From: an uncultured Nitrospiraceae bacterium | Lineage (GTDB): Bacteria > Nitrospirota > Nitrospiria > Nitrospirales > Nitrospiraceae | DNA: 32,000 nt | Reading direction: 5' to 3' | Assembly (NCBI GenBank): GCA_963821465.1 | Contig: CAWGDV010000029.1 | Coordinates: forward strand, 392,597 to 424,596 | Shown here: positions 17,340-24,308 of the stretch, one piece after another | Layout of the letters: every line of letters starts with the position of its first letter | How positions within the stretch are numbered: position 1 is the stretch's first letter | Translations under genes and position numbers: made by a program | The notes under the pieces: model-generated | Database searches by the model: none | Told to the model about the DNA's origin: nothing | The model's input: only the letters and a program-made list of their open reading frames with translations

Positions 17340-18398
17340 TCACGGCCGCTTCATCGATTGCTCAATCAACTGTTGAAGCTCCAAGAGTTCCGCATTCTTT
17401 GGATCAATGGCCAGTCCCTTGGTGACGGCCTGTTGGGCCTCCGCAAACCGTTCTCGTCCCATTTCCACCAAGGTAGCGATGTAGCTGTCCCGAATCTGCT
17501 GTTCGATTTCTGGTGGGGCGGTCTTGGCACAGCGTAAGCCCAAGCCCACGCCGTAGCTGTTATTGAGCGGGTGATTCCAGAACCGGTGCGTCGCCTTGAC
17601 CGTGCCTTCTGGCGCGATCCATGATCCGCCACGAATAACCCGCTTTTCACCAACCGTGAGCCGGTCCACATAGGTGCCGGTGCCACCCATCCATACGGGT
17701 TTTGCCGGACCGGTCGGATTCACCATGGGTTCAAGCTTTCCATAGTAGCGGGGGTCATACCAGTCAGCGACCCACTCGAAAACATTGCCGGCCATGTTAT
17801 ACAGACCATAATAACTGGCTCCCTCCGGATAGGAATCCACCGGCATGGTCGCATCGTGATTCTTGCCATAGTTGGCTTTGGCTGAATCGAAGTCATTGCC
17901 CCAGGGGTAGAGGTTGGCCTGGGGACCACGAGCCGCCTTCTCCCATTCCGCCTCCGTCGGAAGGCGTTTACCGCGATATTCACAGAAGGCTGTGGCATCC
18001 TCCCAATTCACTCCGACCACCGGCTGTTGCGGCTTATTCAAGCGGGGATCGTCCCAGTAGGCAGGGGCCGGATGACCTTTCGCCTTGATGAACTGGCCAT
18101 AGTCCTTGTTTGAAACTTCGTACGTATCCATGAGGTATGCATCCAAGAACACCATATGCGCTGGACCTTCGTCACGTAACGCCTCGGCCGACCAGGGTGT
18201 CTTCATCCGTCGGTCGTACGGTGTAGGTTTTTTACCTGAGTCCACAGGCTCTTCCTTATCGACCCCCATCACCGATGCTCCATGCGCGATGTACGCCATG
18301 TCTTTCGGGATCAAGGACTCCTCCGCACGGACTGGTGCAGGCAATAGTATGAATCCCGCCGCCAGTGTCGCGAGCACAATGACTTGTGCCGTATGCAT
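17340..18398 (-). CDS. periplasmic FGE-sulfatase domain protein with C-terminal TPR-like helical tail
   Basis: Start at 18398 (MHTAQVIVLATLAAGFILLPAPVRA) is preceded by GGAGG. Motifs [25 protein letters not shown] and GLRCAK are present. The tail is ..FAEAQQAVTKGLAIDPKNAELLELQQLIE. Confidence 0.85.
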   Translation of the reverse strand: MHTAQVIVLATLAAGFILLPAPVRAEESLIPKDMAYIAHGASVMGVDKEEPVDSGKKPTPYDRRMKTPWSAEALRDEGPAHMVFLDAYLMDTYEVSNKDYGQFIKAKGHPAPAYWDDPRLNKPQQPVVGVNWEDATAFCEYRGKRLPTEAEWEKAARGPQANLYPWGNDFDSAKANYGKNHDATMPVDSYPEGASYYGLYNMAGNVFEWVADWYDPRYYGKLEPMVNPTGPAKPVWMGGTGTYVDRLTVGEKRVIRGGSWIAPEGTVKATHRFWNHPLNNSYGVGLGLRCAKTAPPEIEQQIRDSYIATLVEMGRERFAEAQQAVTKGLAIDPKNAELLELQQLIEQSMKRP

Positions 18399-18473
18399 TT
18401 CGGACCTCCACCACAAGTTAGTTTTCTGATAGAGCAACCTCGCCGCCTCCACTCCCCCCATACGCAGTTCGGT

Positions 18474-20030
18474 TCAGCGGCGGTGCGGCGCCGCCGTCTG
18501 CCCGTTAGGTATCTTCGCCTTATCGAGGTCTCTCATTTCACGCAACGCTGCTTGTGCGATTCCCCGCAGCATCCCACTAAACACCAACTCGTGCGGCACG
18601 TAGAGCGAATACCAATAGATCTGCCCGATCAGTCCCACCGGATCAAAGATCGCGGTCTGCCGGATCGTCGTCGAAGAGCCGGACCCCGTCACCTCGAACT
18701 CCAGCCATGCCCGCCCGGACAAATGCATCTCGGATTTGAGCCGCAGGCGGCGGTTCGGCTCAATCGCCTCCACGCGAAATGAGTCGACCGTATCACCGAC
18801 GTGAAGGGTCGTGGCAGAAGGCCGTCCACGTCTCAAGCCCACACCCCCTTCGAGCAGGTCGATGAAACCGCGCACCCGCCACAGCCAGTTCCATGCGTAC
18901 CAACCATTGTCACCACCGATTCTCTCAATGCATTTGAAGACGACTTCAGGCGGCGCTTCGACGGTCAACGTCCGCGAATCGACCAGACGCGTGCCGAACC
19001 GCACGCCCCCCCACGACTGCAACTTTCCCGATGAGGAGAGCGCATCGGACCAGCGCGTTGCCGCGAAATGCGTCTCTTCATGGGCTAGAGCTCGGCGAAT
19101 TGCCTCATCGACTCCCATCGGACGTACAGAGAAGGTTGCGAGCGCGGCATTGTCCCGCACCACCGTGACATGGACGATGCTCTCAATAATCGCCCGCCCG
19201 ATGCGAGCGTATAACGGCGTGACCAATCCAAGCCACAGAGCAGACAACCAAGGGGTGAGGACCGGCACGGGGATGATCAGAGGCGCTAGCCCGCGTTGCC
19301 GCCCATACGCACGCATCATATCTGCGTAGGACACTTGGTCCGCACCGCCGACCTCGTATATGCGGTATTTGGAGGTGGGAATCCGAAGCGCTTCCATCAG
19401 GTAGTCCAGCAAGTCGTCGATCGCGATTGGCTGCGCCTTCCCCTTGACCCATCTCGGTGTGAGCATGACCGGCAGGCGCTCCACCAGCGCGCGAATCAGC
19501 TCAAACGAGGCGCTGCCGGAACCAATCACGGCCGATGCGCGAAACTCACACACGGGCAGGCCCGACTGCCGCAAGATATCTCCGACCTCGTGCCGACTGC
19601 GCAGATGTGTCGAGAGTTCCTCTTCGTCGCTGCCCAAGCCTCCCACATAGATGAGGCCCTTGACACCCGCTGCCTTCGCCGCTTCGCTAAAGTTCCGCGC
19701 CGCCTGCCGGTCCGTCTCTTCAAAAGAGCCGGTCGAACTCATGGAGTGAATCATGTAGTAGGCCACGTCGACTCCGCGCAATGCGGAGTCGAGACTCGGT
19801 CGATCAAGGACGTCACCCGCGACAACTTCCGTTGATGGACCGACCTTCGGCTTGAGAATTTCTGGATGCCTGGCCACGCAGCGCAAGCGGTACCCCTGAT
19901 TCTCCAACGACGGCAGGAGGCGCCCGCCAATGTACCCGCTGGCACCTGTGAGAAGAATGAGGGACTTCTCCGGAATTGCCGCTGGGCTCACTGTCGATTT
20001 GCTCGCCACCATGGTTTCAGACGTATTCAT
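18474..20030 (-). CDS. NAD(P)-binding SDR-family protein with C-terminal DUF2867 domain
   Basis: Rossmann motif LLTGASGYIGGRL. The C-terminus GWYAWNWLWRVRGFIDLLEGGVGLRRGR..GRAWLEFEV is characteristic of DUF2867. The ATG at 20030 is preceded by AGGAGG, whereas the GTG at 20048 is not. Confidence 0.85.
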   Translation of the reverse strand: MNTSETMVASKSTVSPAAIPEKSLILLTGASGYIGGRLLPSLENQGYRLRCVARHPEILKPKVGPSTEVVAGDVLDRPSLDSALRGVDVAYYMIHSMSSTGSFEETDRQAARNFSEAAKAAGVKGLIYVGGLGSDEEELSTHLRSRHEVGDILRQSGLPVCEFRASAVIGSGSASFELIRALVERLPVMLTPRWVKGKAQPIAIDDLLDYLMEALRIPTSKYRIYEVGGADQVSYADMMRAYGRQRGLAPLIIPVPVLTPWLSALWLGLVTPLYARIGRAIIESIVHVTVVRDNAALATFSVRPMGVDEAIRRALAHEETHFAATRWSDALSSSGKLQSWGGVRFGTRLVDSRTLTVEAPPEVVFKCIERIGGDNGWYAWNWLWRVRGFIDLLEGGVGLRRGRPSATTLHVGDTVDSFRVEAIEPNRRLRLKSEMHLSGRAWLEFEVTGSGSSTTIRQTAIFDPVGLIGQIYWYSLYVPHELVFSGMLRGIAQAALREMRDLDKAKIPNGQTAAPHRR

Positions 20031-20100
20031 TGTCAGACCTCCTGTCACGACTTGGGCCCTCGGAGGGGGGACGATGCCGCCCCCTCCGCCAGTCCTTCAA

Positions 20101-21068
20101 CTAGTTCTTCTTCATGCTCTTCTTGATCAGATCGCGTGTCGCGAGGTATTCCTTGTTGCCAGGCTCCGCAGCCAACGCCTTCTCGATGGAGGACATCGCA
20201 TCGGCGTTCTTCTCAGCGCCCATCGCGACTAATGCCTGAATGAACGCATCGCGGCCTGCTTGCATGGCTTCATCGGAAACCGCCTGTGCCGACTTCGCGC
20301 AACGGAACCCGAGGCCGACCCCATAGGAGTTATTCTCCGGCTGATTCCAGAACCGATGGCTCGTATGGAGGGAGGTTTCCGGCGCGAGCCAGGAACCGCC
20401 GCGCAGCACCCTCACCGGGCCTTGATTGGCAAAGTTGTAGCCCTTCTCGGCGCCAGGTGGATTCAAGGCAGGGCTCTCCTTATAGTATTTCAGGTCATAC
20501 CAATCCTCGACCCACTCGAAGACGTTCCCTGCCATGTTATAGACCCCAAACCCGCTGATCCCTTCTGGATAGGAATCCACCGGCGGTGGTACGACCAACA
20601 TTCTGCCCATAGTTGGCTTTCTTCGGGTCGAGTGTATGGCCCCAGGGATAATGGTTGTCGCCTTGCGGACCTTTTGCCGCTCGCTCCCATTCTGCTTCCG
20701 TCGGAAGCCGCTTGCCTTCCCACTTGCAGAACGCGCTTGCATCATTCCAATCTACGCCGACCACCGGCTGATCGGCCTTACTCAGTCGAGGATCATCCCA
20801 ATAGGCCGGGGCCGGGTGACCGCTGGCTTTCATAAATTCTTTGTACCGCTGTGTTCGAGGCTTCAAACTTGTCGATCAGATAGGCATCGAGCACGACCTG
20901 GTGCTTGGCTTCATCTGAATGTTCATTGCTCCCCATGGTGAACTCGCCCTTTGGGATCAGCACCATGTCCTTATCGCTGTTCGGCATGTCCGCCGCTGTT
21001 GCGACAGTGATGGCTCCTGCCATCAATGCCACCCCCAATCCGACCTGAAGCACTCTGTAACTCCTCAT
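20101..21068 (-). pseudogene. FGE-sulfatase domain gene (closest to 17340-18398) broken by two frameshifts
   Basis: Homology runs through three frames (ORFs 20793-21095, 20537-20866, 20101-20745). The shifts lie near 20846-20848 (GCGG where GCG fits) and near 20585-20595. A signal peptide, [25 protein letters not shown] and GFRCAK are all retained. Confidence 0.8.
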
Positions 21069-21126
21069 AGGACACCCCCCTTGGTTTTGGAACACCAGGA
21101 CGATCCTGGTTGGTTAATAACTACCA

Positions 21127-21423
21127 CTATGAGCAGTTCGTTACGCAATTGTTTTGATATATTCTCCCTGCAAGCTGAACTGTGGTCGAATCTTGCCGGA
21201 GCTGCCGATTGTGCAGAATGACGGAATCGACAACCTCACCACACTGCACACAGCGTTTCGCCGCAATCTCAGACTCCCCGATGTTTCCGAGTACATCCAG
21301 GCAGAAGTCCTGAACCATGAGTCCGCCGCATCTGGTGCACGTCGATTCATGTTGGGCTGTGGAAGATGCCGTGTGATTCTCGCTCGGTTCATTGTTCGTT
21401 TTCACCGTCAACGCTCTTGCCAT
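21127..21423 (-). CDS. small C4 zinc-ribbon protein, uncharacterised family (paralog of 14403-14726)
   Basis: CTRCGGLMVQDFCLDVLGNIGESEIAAKRCVQCGEVVDSVILHNR. The ATG at 21423 is preceded by TGGAGGT. It is the first gene of the minus-strand train and is divergent from the MerR/B12 regulator. Confidence 0.7.
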   Translation of the reverse strand: MARALTVKTNNEPSENHTASSTAQHESTCTRCGGLMVQDFCLDVLGNIGESEIAAKRCVQCGEVVDSVILHNRQLRQDSTTVQLAGRIYQNNCVTNCS

Positions 21424-21465
21424 GGCTACCTCCATAGGTTTTTTGTTTAATGTTTGTAATAAGTA

Positions 21466-21537
21466 TGTCCAATGTATAAACCATTTTGTCCAATGTGTCA
21501 AGTGTTATTGTAAAATATATTTGACAAACATTAGACA
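21466..21537. promoter_or_regulatory. three copies of a 10-bp box, ACATT(G/A)GACA, overlapping both divergent promoters (candidate operator)
   Basis: TGTCCAATGT occurs at 21466-21475 and at 21487-21496, giving a 21-bp periodicity. The inverted copy ACATTAGACA lies at 21528-21537, a 9/10 match. Each promoter has a box abutting its -35 hexamer, and one box covers the minus-strand -10. Confidence 0.5.
21473..21501 (-). promoter_or_regulatory. sigma70-like promoter for the zinc-ribbon gene
   Basis: The minus strand reads TTGACA (21501-21496), a 17-nt spacer and TATACA (21478-21473), about 50 nt upstream of the ATG at 21423. Confidence 0.5.
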
Positions 21538-21549
21538 TTACAATACAAT
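21521..21549 (+). promoter_or_regulatory. near-consensus sigma70 promoter for the MerR/B12 regulator gene
   Basis: TTGACA (21521-26), a 17-nt spacer and TACAAT (21544-49). The ATG at 21562 follows with a very short leader and no SD. Confidence 0.55.
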
Positions 21550-21561
21550 GAAAATGTAAAT

Positions 21562-22479
21562 ATGAATATTCATAGAATTCATAGAGTTGCAAAACTCACT
21601 GGCCTCTCAAAAGATGTCATCCGGGTATGGGAGCGCCGGTTTGGACTCTTAAAACCGACTAGAGGAGCCAATCGTTATCGTAATTACTCCGATGAGGATG
21701 TCACGTTGCTGAGGTTCCTGAAGGAGCAGCTGGATGCCGGAAGCTCTATCGGAGAGCTGGCGAAATTAGGGCGTGAGGAGTTGTTGGGGCGAGCACGAGC
21801 CAGCGCGCCGCGAGTGTCCTTCGTCGACAATACATTCAGCAGGCTCCTGCGGGAACTACTGTCCACGCTGAATCCCTTCGATCGTGTGATCTTTGAAAAG
21901 CGTTTGAACGGCGCCGTTGCGGTTGTTCCGTTTGAGGAGGCACTTCACGGGATCTTGCTCCCGCTTCAGGAGCAGGTCGGGCAGTTGTGGCATGAGGGCC
22001 ATGTGAATGTAGCCCTCGAACATTACGTCACGAAGCAAATTCAACAGAAGATTTTCTCGGCCATGAATCAGCTCCCAGTCGCTGAGTTTGGCGCCAAAGT
22101 GATCGTGGCCTGCCCGCCCGGTGAAGAACACGACATTGCTGCATTGGCGGTTGCGTATCGATGTCGTGTTCGTGGCTGCCGAGTCTACTATTTGGGGGCC
22201 AACGTGCCCATTGCCTCGCTGACTAACCTCTGTGATAAGGTGAAGCCGGACTTGACTATCATTTCCTTTCCACTCGCGCTTCCTGAAGCCAACGCGGCGG
22301 CGCTGGTCCAATCCCTCACACATGAGGTGGTTCCGGCCTCGCGTCTCGCCGTCGGAGGACATGGCGCGCTCGCCATGCGTGACCTTTTCGTGAAATCTAA
22401 TATTGAGATCGTGGAAGACTTTGCCGACTTGGATGTCATGCTGGATCGATTCATGCGGCAGTCCTTATCCCGAGGGTAG
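21562..22479 (+). CDS. MerR-family regulator with C-terminal cobalamin-binding domain (CarH/LitR-type candidate photoreceptor)
   Basis: MerR HTH RVAKLTGLSKDVIRVWERRFGLLKPTR..RYRNYSDEDV. Wx9EH motif WHEGHVNVALEH at 21988-22023. B12-binding Rossmann segment VIVACPPGEEHDIAALAVAY with His at 22126-22128. Confidence 0.85.
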   Translation: MNIHRIHRVAKLTGLSKDVIRVWERRFGLLKPTRGANRYRNYSDEDVTLLRFLKEQLDAGSSIGELAKLGREELLGRARASAPRVSFVDNTFSRLLRELLSTLNPFDRVIFEKRLNGAVAVVPFEEALHGILLPLQEQVGQLWHEGHVNVALEHYVTKQIQQKIFSAMNQLPVAEFGAKVIVACPPGEEHDIAALAVAYRCRVRGCRVYYLGANVPIASLTNLCDKVKPDLTIISFPLALPEANAAALVQSLTHEVVPASRLAVGGHGALAMRDLFVKSNIEIVEDFADLDVMLDRFMRQSLSRG

Positions 22480-22496
22480 CAGGAGAGGTCGGTCAG

Positions 22497-22913
22497 ATGA
22501 CGCAATACCCGCTCACCGTATTCTTCGACGGAGCCTGTCCTATTTGCGATCGAGAGATTGCGCTCATGAAACGGTTAGACCGGCGGAGACAATTGGAATT
22601 CTGCGACTTCTCGAACCGGGAATATAATGCGGCATCCAGCGGCTTTACCGCCGCGGATCTAGGCACAGTGATTCACGCCCGCTGGGCGGACGGGTCCGTC
22701 ATCACCGGTGTCGAGGTGTTCCGAGCCATGTGGGAGGCTGTCGGTCTGGGAGTCCTCGCGAGGTTGAGCCGTCTTTCGTTAGTCGACCCACTCGTCTTGA
22801 GAACCTATGCATGGTTCGCACGTAACCGCCTGCGGCTGACCGGTCGTCTGAAGGCATGCACGGGAGACGCCTGTGCCTCACACCCCTCCAAGCCAATTGA
22901 CGTCGTGAGATAG
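22497..22913 (+). CDS. DUF393 / DCC-family thiol-disulfide oxidoreductase-like protein
   Basis: N-terminal FFDGACPICDREIA (DGxCxxC) and a length of 138 aa fit DUF393. It starts 17 nt after the regulator gene. Confidence 0.8.
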   Translation: MTQYPLTVFFDGACPICDREIALMKRLDRRRQLEFCDFSNREYNAASSGFTAADLGTVIHARWADGSVITGVEVFRAMWEAVGLGVLARLSRLSLVDPLVLRTYAWFARNRLRLTGRLKACTGDACASHPSKPIDVVR

Positions 22914-23215
22914 CTCGCCATTTTTCGTGACCCATGCGCTACGATCACGACCGACGGCAGTGAACCATGAACATAAGTATTCGGACCCTCCATGACCGAG
23001 GCGCCAGCTTTGCCATGTAGCGCTCCCCTTTGTTCCGGAAGATTAAGGGCCCGACACTAACGGCATTATTTCTCTTGAGCGTTGCAGAAAAGCAGGGGGG
23101 CTTGAGTTGGATAGAGGAGAACCATTACTGCGCGCGAGTTAGCGCGAACGACGGCACGAAACAGACGCGGGCATTGATCTCGAGCCGGCATGTAGAGATT
23201 GATTCTGGAATGGAA

Positions 23216-23237
23216 TGGTGCCGAAGGCGGGATTTAA
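23216..23237 (-). other. tRNA-Leu-like 3'-end fragment (possible relic att site)
   Basis: The minus strand reads TTAAATCCCGCCTTCGGCACCA: a T-arm 3' half, acceptor 3' strand CUUCGGC, discriminator A and CCA, as in tRNA-Leu. The 5' two-thirds of a tRNA cannot be folded from the upstream sequence. Confidence 0.4.
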
Positions 23238-23328
23238 TTTGGGGCGATTGTCAGGACCCCAATAATATCAGCCAGAGTCGCTTGAATTCTCACGTAAACT
23301 TGCGTTGATCCATGACACACCGCCAGCT

Positions 23329-23715
23329 TCATTCATACATCTGACTCGGTGTCTTTGAAACCGGCAATACCCCAGTCGTAATTTCGGCCAGCGGCCCATG
23401 ATGTTCCGTATGGCAGGCCATGCATGTTTTCTGCTGGGCGATCACCCCAAGGTGATGGTCGCGGACAGTCGCTTCAGAGCGAGCGGCAAAGTCCTCTTTA
23501 TAATGACAGGCCTGGCACTTGACCGGGCTCGGGCCTTGGAAAGGCTCGTGGCAATGGACACAGCGCGCCACGCTCGCGTGATGCTGGCTCAAGTCTCCGG
23601 GAGCCCAGAACGCTTCCGGAAATAGGATCGATTCCCAGCCCACCCACGCGAGAAGGATGACAGTTGCCACTGCGACAACCGGAACAACCGCTCGAGGCAG
23701 AGGCACATAGTTCAT
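23329..23715 (-). CDS. membrane-anchored tri-haem c-type cytochrome
   Basis: Three CxxCH motifs (CVHCH, CQACH, CMACH) and an N-terminal TM (VVPVVAVATVILLAWVGW). The start overlaps the upstream gene stop (ATGA). Confidence 0.75.
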   Translation of the reverse strand: MNYVPLPRAVVPVVAVATVILLAWVGWESILFPEAFWAPGDLSQHHASVARCVHCHEPFQGPSPVKCQACHYKEDFAARSEATVRDHHLGVIAQQKTCMACHTEHHGPLAEITTGVLPVSKTPSQMYE

Positions 23716-24308
23716 GGGCTATACAGACCCCCGAAATACAGTGCCCCGATGACATGCAGGGCCACCAGCGCGATAAACATGAGCGTCATCGGGCCATGAA
23801 TCATTTGCCATACCCGAAACATTTTCTCTCGTGCGGCCATGTCGAGCAGACGTGTTTCTACCTCCTCCGGACTGATACCTTGCTCCATGAGTTCATGCCG
23901 CTTCGCATACAGCGTTCGAAAGGCCAGATAATGCACGTGCTGTCCGATAATTCCACTCAGCGCGACGATGCCCATGGCCACCATCGCAAGAATCGGCACC
24001 ACGGCATGCATATGTAGGATGCCAGCATGAAGTATGATGATAAGGGGGCCAACCACCCCCGTCACCATATGGATCTGTAGCCATCTATGTGGCCATAGGC
24101 GATTATGGTGGGCCTGCTTCCGAATGGGGTACCCGAACACCAATAGGATGACGGCCAGTCCGATCCATCCGGTGACTTGACCTTGTGGGGTGCGGCCAAA
24201 AGACAGGATTGTCACGGTACTCAATATCGCTTCGAAGACGAGCACTCCCGCAACCGCAAACAGTGTAAGCCCGCCCACGATGAGAAGCCGACGGAACACC
24301 GGCGTCAT
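23712..24308 (-). CDS. His-rich polytopic membrane protein (possible b-type cytochrome/DUF4405-like partner)
   Basis: 198 aa with 5-6 TM segments carrying conserved-looking His residues (HHNRLWPHRWLQIHMV, ILHAGILHMHAV, HVHYL, ALHVIG). Translationally coupled on both sides. Confidence 0.6.
   Translation of the reverse strand: MTPVFRRLLIVGGLTLFAVAGVLVFEAILSTVTILSFGRTPQGQVTGWIGLAVILLVFGYPIRKQAHHNRLWPHRWLQIHMVTGVVGPLIIILHAGILHMHAVVPILAMVAMGIVALSGIIGQHVHYLAFRTLYAKRHELMEQGISPEEVETRLLDMAAREKMFRVWQMIHGPMTLMFIALVALHVIGALYFGGLYSP

Noticed and set aside
6670-21068. Calling the FGE-domain proteins genuine formylglycine-generating enzymes or sulfatase maturases
   Set aside because: The Cu-binding Cys pair expected after RGGS(W/Y) is absent in all four, and no sulfatase gene is nearby. 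They are therefore annotated only at domain-family level.
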